Source: an uncultured Prevotella sp.
Lineage (GTDB): Bacteria; Bacteroidota; Bacteroidia; Bacteroidales; Bacteroidaceae
Direction of reading: 5' to 3'
DNA: 64,000 nt
NCBI GenBank assembly: GCA_900541335.1
Contig: UQJC01000004.1
Coordinates: forward strand, 3,808 to 67,807
Both the position numbers and the translations under genes were made by a program. This document shows positions 51,146 through 60,712 of this stretch, one piece after another. Position 1 is the first letter of the stretch; each line of letters starts with the position of its first letter. The notes under the pieces were generated by a model. That model had not been told where the DNA came from. It did not search any database and was given only the letters and a program-made list of their open reading frames with translations.

Positions 51146-51777
51146 GCCATTTCCTCCTGATTATAGATTTGTTCTTCCTTAACTCCAGCTGCATCACGGT
51201 AAGGATCCTTCTCCTTGCGGTTGGTTGTACCGAAGAAGTTTTCAACCTTAACAATACGTTGCAACTGCATCATACCGTAGAGGAATGATTCCGGACGCGG
51301 GGGGCAACCGGGCACATACACATCCACAGGGATAATTTTGTCCACACCATTGACTACATGGTATGACTTATTGAACGGTCCACCCGAAATCGAGCAACCA
51401 CCAATAGCAACCACGTACTTCGGGTCGGCCATCTGGTCATACAGACGGCGGAGCACCGGAGCCATCTTGGTCGTAATCGTACCACAAACCAAGATTACGT
51501 CGGCCTGGCGGGGACTGTTACGCGTTACTTCAAAACCGAAACGGGCAATGTCATAACGGGCAGCACACACCGCCATAAACTCAATACCACAGCAACTGGT
51601 TGCAAAGGTCAAAGGCCACAGAGAGTTAGAGCGTCCCCAGTCAATAAGGTCGTCTAACTTGCGCACAATGACGTTGGCTCCGCCAGCGTTCAGTTCTTCA
51701 ACGAGCTTCTCGTAAGTCTCGTTGTCCTTAAATTCCTCATAAGGAATCGACTTGATGTTTGCTCTCTTTACTGCCAT
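51142..51777 (-). CDS. nuoB: NADH-quinone oxidoreductase subunit B
   Basis: 211 aa with Fe-S cluster N2 Cys ligands (CCGIE…, GCPP). Confidence 0.9.
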   Translation of the reverse strand: MAVKRANIKSIPYEEFKDNETYEKLVEELNAGGANVIVRKLDDLIDWGRSNSLWPLTFATSCCGIEFMAVCAARYDIARFGFEVTRNSPRQADVILVCGTITTKMAPVLRRLYDQMADPKYVVAIGGCSISGGPFNKSYHVVNGVDKIIPVDVYVPGCPPRPESFLYGMMQLQRIVKVENFFGTTNRKEKDPYRDAAGVKEEQIYNQEEMA

Positions 51778-52118
51778 TTCAACGCTCCTTTCCTCCAGGC
51801 ATAAGCCAAGCCCAGAACTAAAATGAACAAGAAGAAGAGCACGCTAAACAGACCGGCAGGTCCGAGTGAGCGCATCACGACGGCCCAAGGAAACAGGAAC
51901 ATCGTTTCAACATCGAACATCAGGAAGAGAATGGCGAACAGATAATAACCTACTCGGAACTGCATCCAGGAGCGTCCACGCGTAGGCACACCACATTCAT
52001 AAGCCTCCTCCTTCTGTGCGTTGTAGCTACGCGGCGAAATCAGCTTGGCCAACACCGTCACGACGCCTACGAACGCCAACCCTGTCAACAATGCTGTGAC
52101 AAATAAGGTAAAGTTCAT
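51768..52118 (-). CDS. nuoA: NADH-quinone oxidoreductase subunit A
   Basis: 116 aa with 3 TM helices. First gene of the operon and overlaps nuoB by 10 nt. Confidence 0.85.
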   Translation of the reverse strand: MNFTLFVTALLTGLAFVGVVTVLAKLISPRSYNAQKEEAYECGVPTRGRSWMQFRVGYYLFAILFLMFDVETMFLFPWAVVMRSLGPAGLFSVLFFLFILVLGLAYAWRKGALKWQ

Positions 52119-52411
52119 AGCTCTTTAAATGTTATAGTTAATATGTAATGATTGGAATAATACACAGAAGACTAAAAACAACGAACACAAAGACTTCTAC
52201 GCTTTAAGACGAAAAAAGCCGCACAGCGAGGGATAGGGCACCCTGCGTGCGGACATAAAAAATCAGCGTACGGACGCACTCGTCCGCCGCTTTCAATCGA
52301 TTTTTACCAGTTAAGCCTGCCATCAAGCAAGCGTTCACATAGCAGCCCTTATTCACGTTGTTTTCGTCTTTGGGTTGCAAAGTTACGAACCCTCGCTTAA
52401 TGAGCAAAGTT

Positions 52412-52455
52412 TTCGGAAACTAAATAGGCTCACCCTACATGATTGGGTGAGCCTA
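52412..52455 (-). terminator. Rho-independent terminator after T9SS cargo gene (minus strand)
   Basis: 11-bp stem TAGGCTCACCC/GGGTGAGCCTA, with ATTTAGTTT on the minus strand. Confidence 0.6.
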
Positions 52456-52478
52456 ATGATGGATAACAAACCACAAAG

Positions 52479-54254
52479 TTACTTCACGTGCTTTTGCACG
52501 GTAGTACCTTGCGCGGTTACTACTTTTTCGAGATAAACTCCCGTTGCGGGTCGTTCAATGCGGAGTCCTTGCAGGTTGTAATAAGTACGACTTATCACGT
52601 TCATTCCGACATTCGTCCCAGCCGTTATGCCCGTTTGCTGCTGATGGACTGCGGCCTGACTGGCATTGAGTATCTCCAGCTTCTGTCCTCCCTGATCGGT
52701 CGGACTGTTTACAAAGGCTACCGCCTTCAAGTGTTCGAGATTCCAATGTGCCGGCAGGTCGATGGCAAACGTCCGGGTAAAGGTATTACCTTCCCAAGTG
52801 ATTTCGTCTCCTAAGATTGAAGTGAGCGACTGGCGGTAAACGTGGTTATGTATCTTTTCTCCAGAACCTAACTGTGGCCGCAGGGTCGTTACACTGTCTT
52901 CTACAAATTGAACGGTCAGTCGGGCTTCGGGAAAAAGTTGACTACAAAGATTGGTCCGTTCGCCACGCACTGTGAGGACGCATTGGCGCGTATCGGTTTG
53001 AAGTTGCGTCTCCAAGTCCAGCTTAACAAATGCGGGTTGCTTCGTACAAAACTGGAAGTCGGCTTCACTACTGTAGACCGTCGTACCTGGAATAATCGGA
53101 TTATTTTCGTCCAGGCTGTTCGTTACAACTCGGCGGTCGTAAGTCAATCGGGGTGAAGCGGTGACGTTGAGCAACAGGCGCAATTCTTCAGAATCATTTA
53201 CGGTAAGTTCGTCCGTACCAAAACCTACATGATGAATCACCCAAACCGTTTCGGGCTTCTTCTTTATCAGCTCTTTGTTGATAAACCCATGAACGGGCGG
53301 ACAATTGGGACAAACCAGGGTCGAGAAATGCTCTATCAGCGTCTGACGTGGATAACTCTCTTGGTAAGCGACTAAGGTTGTGCGCAAGGTGTCGTTAACG
53401 GTCACACCGTTATGGGAATCAATCCAAAGTTTAACCTCATTGACTCCTTCATGACATGCCGTAGTAGGGAGATCAAATGTACAAGTCACCGTTTCGCCAG
53501 CTGCCACCTTCCCTTGGGTTTCCACTACCTGAGGGTTATCCGCCTGTCCCTCTACGACCCAACTGTAATGTACTGCGGGCAGGGCGGCTTCACTCATTCC
53601 GAAGTTGCTGAGGGTAAAGGTCATGGGAGCGAACTCTCCTATTGGGTAATAGGCTCCTGCATGGTGAAAGGAAGCGAGTGCCAAATCTTCAGTAACAATT
53701 TCACCGTTGACTTCAACCTCAGCCTGCAAACAGAGTGGACCGTAGCCGTACTGACTGCCTACCATCCAATCGATGCCATTCGACTTGCTATAAAAACCTT
53801 CAGGATGCGGATTACCCTCGCAAAGCAATCCTTTGCCCGCAGGCAGATAGCCCGTATACATAATGACTAACTGGTCACCCGTGATAATGTAGGGCATCGT
53901 TAGATCAACTTCCTTCCAACCGCGTTCGGTCGTTCCCGGCACATCGGTATAGGTACCCTCGATACTGGGGCCATCTAATTCGTGGCGCAACATGACATGT
54001 ATCATGGACAACCCTTCTTCAGTTGCCAAACGCACCTTACGGATGGTGCCGCCTTTCAACAGTTTCATGCGCGATTCGGGGATGACAATGCCCGCCGAAA
54101 ACAGGCAGTCGTAGCTCACATTAAGTACCGCAGTTTGTACTTGATCGCTTATTTCGTCGGGACAGTAACCCAAACGATAAGTAGTTTGTGCAAAAGCCCC
54201 CAAGAGGCTAAAACAAGCCACCAACAAAGTCAATAGTCTTGTTGCTGAATTCAT
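52479..54254 (-). CDS. T9SS C-terminal-sorting-domain protein with thioredoxin-like CxxC (CPNC) region; Omp28-like/uncharacterised
   Basis: Signal peptide MNSATRLLTLLVACFSLLGAFAQ (start chosen at 54254). CPNCP motif. C-terminal …YYNLQGLRIERPATGVYLEKVV…VQKHVK matches a T9SS CTD. Confidence 0.7.
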   Translation of the reverse strand: MNSATRLLTLLVACFSLLGAFAQTTYRLGYCPDEISDQVQTAVLNVSYDCLFSAGIVIPESRMKLLKGGTIRKVRLATEEGLSMIHVMLRHELDGPSIEGTYTDVPGTTERGWKEVDLTMPYIITGDQLVIMYTGYLPAGKGLLCEGNPHPEGFYSKSNGIDWMVGSQYGYGPLCLQAEVEVNGEIVTEDLALASFHHAGAYYPIGEFAPMTFTLSNFGMSEAALPAVHYSWVVEGQADNPQVVETQGKVAAGETVTCTFDLPTTACHEGVNEVKLWIDSHNGVTVNDTLRTTLVAYQESYPRQTLIEHFSTLVCPNCPPVHGFINKELIKKKPETVWVIHHVGFGTDELTVNDSEELRLLLNVTASPRLTYDRRVVTNSLDENNPIIPGTTVYSSEADFQFCTKQPAFVKLDLETQLQTDTRQCVLTVRGERTNLCSQLFPEARLTVQFVEDSVTTLRPQLGSGEKIHNHVYRQSLTSILGDEITWEGNTFTRTFAIDLPAHWNLEHLKAVAFVNSPTDQGGQKLEILNASQAAVHQQQTGITAGTNVGMNVISRTYYNLQGLRIERPATGVYLEKVVTAQGTTVQKHVK

Positions 54255-54475
54255 CATAGGATTTATGGAAACGTTTAATGAGATGTTTTGAAGCGTACAA
54301 AAATACATATTCACGCTATTTCCGTCTGTTTCCCTTCACGTAAAGCTTGTCAAACGAAAGCACAGACAGCAAGCAAACTCGCTGATTGATTGCAGTAAAT
54401 CGTATCCCTCAATCGAAAATGTACACCCATTAGTAGCACAAAGCCATCCCCAAACAAGAAAAGTCTTACAGAGCC

Positions 54476-54546
54476 CTGCAAAAAAAATTCCGTTCGGAAA
54501 TCCACTTTCACACAATAGTAAGAGGGGCTTCCCGAACGGAATTTTA
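54476..54546 (-). terminator. Terminator after NatAB-like ABC operon (long-loop hairpin flanked by A- and T-runs)
   Basis: Arms AAAATTCCGTTCGG / CCGAACGGAATTTT separated by a ~30-nt loop. A T8 run follows on the minus strand. Confidence 0.5.
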
Positions 54547-54574
54547 TGGGTGATACCATTTGCAACGGCTACCG

Positions 54575-55903
54575 TTATTTATAGCGCAACCATTTCAACA
54601 TTTCCTTTACGCTGGGTTTCTTTCCGTACATGAGGATACCGACACGATAAATGCGGGCACTGAACCACACAAAGGCCAGGGCGGTCGCGTAGAGGAGGAC
54701 TAACGAAAGGATTTCCTGCCAAAGAGGGACGCTGAAGGGCACACGCACCATCATGACAATGGGAGAAGTCAAGGGGAACATGGATGCCCAAAAGGCAAGG
54801 GGTCCGTTGGTATTGTTGACGGAACCCATAGCGGCATACAAACCGAATATCATTATCAGTACAACGGGCATGACAAATTGTGAGGAATCTTCCTGCTCAT
54901 TGACAGAAGCACCCACAGCGGCAAAGAAGGAGGCGTAAAGCAAATAGCCCCCGATGAAATAAAGAACGAAGAGCACACCCATTTCTATGAAGGGAAGATT
55001 GAACAGGGTGACGAGCAATTCGCCTGCTTCGCCGGCACTGGCCAGGGCTGCGGGATCCATGGCTCCACTCACTCCCCCCATTGGGGTTGAAAGGGAGGCC
55101 TGCTGAGCCTCAGCCATCGACACGCCGAACAGCATGCCGGCTCCCAACAAGATAAATACCAGCATCAAGCCCCATATAGCAAGTTGCACAAAACCCACCA
55201 AAGCGATACCGACGATTTTACCCATCATCAATTGGAATGGCTTGACGCTCGACACCATCAGTTCGACAATGCGATTGGTTTTCTCTTCCAATACACTCGA
55301 CATCACCATGCCTCCATAGGTCATTACAAACATATAAATCAAGAAGGTGGTGATGAAGCCGGCTGCCATGGCGATTCCGCTGTTCGAAAAGCTTTCACCG
55401 CCTTCGGCATTGCGCTTGACGGTCGACACACTGATTTCGGACTGTACGTCTTCGATGATTTGCTCGATGCCGGCTATACCCGTTGCGGTCAACTTGTCTT
55501 TACGTACCTGTTCGTTGAGTACATTTTCGATATAGGAAAGCAGTCCGATAGATACTTCTTTATTGGAATAGATGGTCACAGCCTTAGGGTGTTTGACCAA
55601 ATCACCGCCAATCTTTACGACTGCCTCGTAATGGGTCGTGTCGGAATAGTAAGCGGGGTCGTCGGGGTTGGTCACTGGCACAAAGCGGTAATTGGCATCG
55701 TCGCGCAACAGGCCGACATAACGTCCCGTCACGTCACACACGGCTACAGCTTTCTGCTCATCATCCTCAATCGATGCCAACCACACGGGTACAAAGACCA
55801 AAGCGGCAAAGATAAAGGGCATGAGTATGGTGAGAAGTATAAACGATTTCTTCTTGACGCGCGTCAGAAACTCACGTTTGATTATTAGTAATGTCTTTGA
55901 CAT
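54575..55903 (-). CDS. ABC-2 type transporter permease (NatB-like) with large extracytoplasmic domain
   Basis: 442 aa. One N-terminal TM helix, a large loop, and 5 C-terminal TM helices. Confidence 0.75.
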   Translation of the reverse strand: MSKTLLIIKREFLTRVKKKSFILLTILMPFIFAALVFVPVWLASIEDDEQKAVAVCDVTGRYVGLLRDDANYRFVPVTNPDDPAYYSDTTHYEAVVKIGGDLVKHPKAVTIYSNKEVSIGLLSYIENVLNEQVRKDKLTATGIAGIEQIIEDVQSEISVSTVKRNAEGGESFSNSGIAMAAGFITTFLIYMFVMTYGGMVMSSVLEEKTNRIVELMVSSVKPFQLMMGKIVGIALVGFVQLAIWGLMLVFILLGAGMLFGVSMAEAQQASLSTPMGGVSGAMDPAALASAGEAGELLVTLFNLPFIEMGVLFVLYFIGGYLLYASFFAAVGASVNEQEDSSQFVMPVVLIMIFGLYAAMGSVNNTNGPLAFWASMFPLTSPIVMMVRVPFSVPLWQEILSLVLLYATALAFVWFSARIYRVGILMYGKKPSVKEMLKWLRYK

Positions 55904-56068
55904 AGGGAGGAAGTTAGAGGTTAGAGGTTAAAGACCACATAATCCGTATAGGGTTAGCGGTGAAAGAATAGAGATTATAAAGTCGGGGGCTTGGGAGTTG
56001 AAAAAATGATTGGACAGTCAAACGCTACCTTTGCACCTTTCGACCTTAGACTCTGAAACGGTTCTACC

Positions 56069-57001
56069 TTACACGGAATGATTGATTACTTGATGATCAC
56101 CAACTACCTGCAAGAAGATTTCCTGCATGGTCGGCATTTTCTCACTGATGGAACGAAGCTCTACAGACGAAGCGACTTGACTGATAAGCTGGGAGTTGGT
56201 CAATGATTCCGCCTTATGAAGAATGTAGGTATGGAGTCCGCCCACTTCCACGTGACTTTGAATGGTAAACACCCCCGGCTGCTCCTGCAATGTGCCGTCT
56301 ACCGTGATGGCTTCATAAAGCCCCGTACGGAAACGGCTCTTGACTTCGGCGACATCGCCCGAAAGCACAACCTGCGAATGATTGATTAGTGCAATCTCAT
56401 CACAAACCTCTTCGACAGAAGCCATATTGTGAGTTGAAAAGATGACGGTATGACCTTTATCACGAAGTTCCAGGATTTCGCGCTTCAACATTTCCGCATT
56501 GACAGGATCGAAACCCGAAAAGGGTTCGTCGAAGATGAGCAAAGGAGGCTCGTGAAGTACGGTAATGATAAACTGCACCTTCTGCTGCATACCCTTGGAG
56601 AGTTCTTCGAGCTTCTTGTCCCACCAGGGCATGATACCGAACTTCGTAAACCAACTGATTAAGCGTTCCTTGGCCTCCTTGTAGCTCAAGCCCTTGAGTT
56701 GCGCGAGATAAATCGCCTGCTCGCCTACTTTCATCTTGCGATAAAGCCCGCGCTCTTCGGGCAGATAGCCTATCTTCATCACGTCCTCTGGAGCAAACGG
56801 ATGCCCGTCAAAGGTTACTTCACCGCTATCGGGAGCTGTGATGCGGTTGATGATACGTATCAAGGTGGTCTTGCCGGCTCCGTTCGGACCAAGCAAACCA
56901 AATACTTTGCCGCGCTTCACCGCGACGCTTACATCGTTGAGTGCCGTATGCTCGGCATAGCGCTTCACTATGTGCGAAGCTTCGAGAAAGTTGTCATTCA
57001 T
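56069..57001 (-). CDS. ABC transporter ATP-binding protein (NatA-like) with C-terminal accessory domain
   Basis: Walker A GPNGAGKTT, signature LSKGMQQK and Walker B LLIFDEP. Start at internal MNDNF. Confidence 0.85.
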   Translation of the reverse strand: MNDNFLEASHIVKRYAEHTALNDVSVAVKRGKVFGLLGPNGAGKTTLIRIINRITAPDSGEVTFDGHPFAPEDVMKIGYLPEERGLYRKMKVGEQAIYLAQLKGLSYKEAKERLISWFTKFGIMPWWDKKLEELSKGMQQKVQFIITVLHEPPLLIFDEPFSGFDPVNAEMLKREILELRDKGHTVIFSTHNMASVEEVCDEIALINHSQVVLSGDVAEVKSRFRTGLYEAITVDGTLQEQPGVFTIQSHVEVGGLHTYILHKAESLTNSQLISQVASSVELRSISEKMPTMQEIFLQVVGDHQVINHSV

Positions 57002-57045
57002 AAGCGAAGATATGGATTGAAAAAGCAAATCTATTAAAGGGTCTA

Positions 57046-57948
57046 TTATTTTACAGGACTTACAGTGTATCCTGCTTTCTTCAGTAAGGCAAGCAAACCG
57101 CGCTCACCGGGTAAATGTGCTACGCCAACTGCCACGAAGGTACTTCCTTGTTTCATGATTGGAGGAAGTCGCTTCGCCCAGTCTGCATTGCGACCGTAAA
57201 TCAATACTTCTTCTTCCTCCGGCGTAGCGTCACACGAATTGTGCATTTTTTCGTTCATCACCTGCTCAACAGCTGCCAGATTCTGTGAATAAAAGGCCGT
57301 AATCAAGCGTTTCGTTATATCATACATATAGGTTTGGTTGTCTACCAAACACATCAGCTGTTCCTTCTGACGTTCAAGCGTCGTGCTGCCATACAATACT
57401 TGGGTTTGGAATTCGAGCGTTTCAAGTCCACCGACCCGCTTACCCTGTTCGGCTGCTGTCTTGAGGAAATAAGCATCGAATTGCTGCTCCATATTAAACC
57501 CCTTCTCTATCTTGATCCCCATCAACAGTTGGAACTGCGCATTGAGGGCGGCCGGTGTCATACGCTTCATGGGTTGCAACATGGGGTTACTGAAGTCCGC
57601 TCCCATCCACTGGGTCATGAACGCATTCAGACGTGCCATCTCGTCAGCACTGAGTACTTGGTCAATTGTCTGTTCGCCAGGCAACATCATGGCCAACTGC
57701 ATACGTTGCACCGCTACCGGGTCGGTCAAGGCATCGTGACTGAGTTCACCATAAACCTGTTCGCAAACTGCAAATGCATCACGCAATCCGGGTACACTGT
57801 CTACAAAGGATTGTTTAGCCAAATGTTGCGTACCCATAATGTAGGACGGCTTCGCCAAGTTCTTCCCTTCTACCTTCCAAAGAAGCTGGGCTGAAGCACT
57901 GCATACAAACAGAACGGAAAGAAAGAGTAAGAAAACACGCTGTTTCAT
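57046..57948 (-). CDS. TraB/GumN family protein (secreted)
   Basis: Signal peptide, then LLWKVEG…SYIMGTQHL and a C-terminal GxxHLxG motif typical of TraB/GumN. Confidence 0.75.
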   Translation of the reverse strand: MKQRVFLLFLSVLFVCSASAQLLWKVEGKNLAKPSYIMGTQHLAKQSFVDSVPGLRDAFAVCEQVYGELSHDALTDPVAVQRMQLAMMLPGEQTIDQVLSADEMARLNAFMTQWMGADFSNPMLQPMKRMTPAALNAQFQLLMGIKIEKGFNMEQQFDAYFLKTAAEQGKRVGGLETLEFQTQVLYGSTTLERQKEQLMCLVDNQTYMYDITKRLITAFYSQNLAAVEQVMNEKMHNSCDATPEEEEVLIYGRNADWAKRLPPIMKQGSTFVAVGVAHLPGERGLLALLKKAGYTVSPVK

Positions 57949-58083
57949 AATGATAGGAGTATTAAGGATAAATAATCGTTTTATTAATAAACCGCTCGCA
58001 AAGTTAGAAAAAGAACTTCAATTCCGAAATAACAAAGAGAACTTTGCAGACAGAAAAACTTCGTATATGAAAAAGAGCGAACC

Positions 58084-58896
58084 CTAAGGCTCGCTCTCTC
58101 CTTCAATATAGTTTTCAAGAAACAGCTGTTCCCCGTCCAATACGGCGTAAGAGAAATGGGTAATCCAATCACCCAAGATGAGCAAACGCGTGGTACGGGA
58201 AAGCATGAGATCTAATTCGATATGACGGTGACCAAACAGGAAGAAGTTGATGTCGGGATGCGTTTGCAGATAATCCTTGGCAAAACGTATCAATTCTTCA
58301 TTCTCCTCTCCCTGGTAAGGCGGCTCCATGCCATTCTCGCGCTTCATGCGCGAACGGCGGGCCCACTCCAAGCCAAACGCTACGCCCCAACGAGGATGGA
58401 GCGAAGCAAACATGCGTTGACACCAACGATTATGAAACAGGGCACGCAGGAACTTAAACTTGCGGTCATCCGTACCCAATCCGTCGCCATGGGCCAAGTA
58501 GAAGGTTTGTCCTTGAATCTCCACAACCTCATTACGACGGTGGACAATCATTCCACATTCCTTTTCGAAGTAATCGCCTTGCCATAGGTCATGATTACCA
58601 TAGAAGTAATGTACTTCTACGCCCAGGTCGGTCAATTCGCTGATTTTACCCAACAAACGTGTGTAGCCCTTGGGAACAACCGTACGATACTCATGCCAAA
58701 AGTCAAAGATGTCGCCCAACAAATAGACAGCCTGTGCTTTATGCTTGATGTGGTCAAGAAAATTGACCAGTCTTCGCTCCTGCGTTCGGGCATGCGGTAT
58801 GGCCAAACTACCCAGGTGGGCATCTGACAAAAAGTAAATCGGTCCGCGACTGCGATCAGCGTCGCGCAACTCGTGAGCGGTAGTAGCTTGTTGCAT
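58084..58896 (-). CDS. lpxH: UDP-2,3-diacylglucosamine diphosphatase-like metallophosphoesterase
   Basis: IYFLSDAHLG, LLGDIFDFW, GNHD and GHRH motifs are characteristic of LpxH. Confidence 0.7.
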   Translation of the reverse strand: MQQATTAHELRDADRSRGPIYFLSDAHLGSLAIPHARTQERRLVNFLDHIKHKAQAVYLLGDIFDFWHEYRTVVPKGYTRLLGKISELTDLGVEVHYFYGNHDLWQGDYFEKECGMIVHRRNEVVEIQGQTFYLAHGDGLGTDDRKFKFLRALFHNRWCQRMFASLHPRWGVAFGLEWARRSRMKRENGMEPPYQGEENEELIRFAKDYLQTHPDINFFLFGHRHIELDLMLSRTTRLLILGDWITHFSYAVLDGEQLFLENYIEGESEP

Positions 58897-58979
58897 AGAG
58901 AGAGTATTGAAGGAGAAGTTCGGATAATGGTGGAATGAATGGATAAAGAGGCAGGTAACCTGTCAGAACAGAACCGTAC

Positions 58980-59300
58980 TTAGAGGAAACCCAATTCCAA
59001 CTTGGCCTCTTCGCTCATCATGTCTTGGTGCCATTCGGGTTCGAACACCAGGTTGACCTTGGCATCCTTCACACCTTCTACACCATCGAGCTTGATACGC
59101 ACATCTTCCACAATAAAGTCGGCTGCGGGACAATTGGGCGCAGTCAACGTCATGTCAACTTCCAACAAACCGTCATCCTGCATTTCTACCCGATAAATCA
59201 AACCGAGATTATAAATGTCAACAGGAATTTCGGGGTCATACACTGTTTTGAGTACTTCAATAATGCGCTCTTCTATCTTCAATTTTTCTTCAGGAGTCAT
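58980..59300 (-). CDS. DUF59/MIP18-family Fe-S cluster assembly protein (SufT-like)
   Basis: 106 aa. The …VYDPEIPVDIYNLGLIY…TLTAPNCP… motif is diagnostic of DUF59. Confidence 0.8.
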   Translation of the reverse strand: MTPEEKLKIEERIIEVLKTVYDPEIPVDIYNLGLIYRVEMQDDGLLEVDMTLTAPNCPAADFIVEDVRIKLDGVEGVKDAKVNLVFEPEWHQDMMSEEAKLELGFL

Positions 59301-59463
59301 CGTTGTTTAGATTTGAATAATTGATTGTTGGGGGAATGGAGTCTGGGATTATAGAGTTAGAAAGTTATAAGAGGATAGAGTGCTCATGTTGCAAATCCTC
59401 ATCCGCCCAAAGTAACTTCATGACCTTATAGTCCCATCGCTGTATAACCTAAAAGCAACTTCA

Positions 59464-60171
59464 CTACAATCTTCCTTCTTCTTGGTAACTATAATACGCG
59501 CCATCCGTCACAATGACATGGTCAAGCAAATGGATGTCCATGGTTTCAGCAGCGTGTTTTACCTTCTCGGTCAGGCTGTCATCCTGCACACTCGGGCGTG
59601 TACTGCCCGAAGGATGATTGTGCATCAAGACTATTTGCGTCGCATTGGCCAAAAGCGCTTCGCGTAAAATCATCCGAACGTCGACTACCGTGCCGGTAAT
59701 GCCGCCGCGACTGATCAGCTTGCTGCCAAGAATGCCTAAACTCTGACTCAGTAAAAGAATATGAGACTCTTCTACAGGAGAGTCACGCACCTTGTCCAAA
59801 AAATAACGGTAAATGTCTGTCGCACTCGTGATGCGCCGTATGTGCGTACTGTCTTCGCGAAGCCTACGTCGGCCTAACTCGCAAGCTGCCAGAACGGTGA
59901 TAGCCTTGGCTGGTCCCATGCCATTATACCGACAGAGGTCCTTGATACTCATCCGTCCCAAGGTAGCTAAACTACCGTCACAATCCTTCATCACACGCTG
60001 CATCAACTGTACCGCATTTTCCTTCGCACTCCCTGATCCAATGAGTATGGCAAGCAACTCACTGACAGAAAGCACATCGGGACCAAGCGACTCAAACTTC
60101 TCACGCGGACGGTCTTCCAAACTCATATCCGTGATGGAAAACTTGACGGGCTGTTTATCGGATGAATTCAT
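59464..60171 (-). CDS. radC: RadC-family JAB/MPN domain protein
   Basis: Helix-hairpin-helix N-region and JAMM motif …HNHPSGSTRPSVQD…. Confidence 0.85.
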   Translation of the reverse strand: MNSSDKQPVKFSITDMSLEDRPREKFESLGPDVLSVSELLAILIGSGSAKENAVQLMQRVMKDCDGSLATLGRMSIKDLCRYNGMGPAKAITVLAACELGRRRLREDSTHIRRITSATDIYRYFLDKVRDSPVEESHILLLSQSLGILGSKLISRGGITGTVVDVRMILREALLANATQIVLMHNHPSGSTRPSVQDDSLTEKVKHAAETMDIHLLDHVIVTDGAYYSYQEEGRL

Positions 60172-60449
60172 AATAGAAGCAGGTTATAAGCAGGTGATGA
60201 AATTAATTAGAACGTTCAGTCACATGGCTTGCACGTATACCCTTACCATCAGATTCATGCACCGCATTTTTGAGAGAACTAAATTTCAACACCGACTTAC
60301 AGCAAAGTTATTGCCTTTTCAGTAGGTGAGCAAAGGTAGCACATCTTACTTAATCATCGGGATTTGCGCTAACCTTTTGTCAAGCTTTCGCATAAAACGG
60401 GTTATATTTGCTGCGTCAATCGAAATTTCCTCATTAAATTCTCCTCTTT

Positions 60450-60536
60450 ATGAAGCTTGTCATCCTATTTGCCCTCGTGGCCATTGTCGCTGTTTTAGGC
60501 GAACGCTACTTCAATCACAAGAATAAGAATAACTAA
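60450..60536 (+). CDS. Possible 28-aa hydrophobic small protein (MKLVILFALVAIVAVLGERYFNHKNKNN)
   Basis: ATG…TAA in an otherwise empty 540-bp intergenic region. Single predicted TM helix with a basic C-tail. No homology support. Confidence 0.25.
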   Translation: MKLVILFALVAIVAVLGERYFNHKNKNN

Positions 60537-60570
60537 CAAAGAAAGCTGTAAAGTAATCTTGACTTCCAAC

Positions 60571-60613
60571 GCATTTGCCCCGCAAACGTCAAACGACATT
60601 TGCGGGGCAAATG
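60571..60613. other. Perfect 15-bp inverted repeat CATTTGCCCCGCAAA-(12 nt)-TTTGCGGGGCAAATG without U-tract
   Basis: Read directly from the sequence. It is strong enough to be a stable RNA hairpin or a protein-binding site. Confidence 0.6.
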
Positions 60614-60712
60614 ATAGAAAGGAAGCATCAGGCCGATAAAATCGGACGACAACTCCTCCCCTACTCCACGAGGTCAAGCAGGATTTCTACCTTTTAGGTT
60701 ACTGCTTCACAC

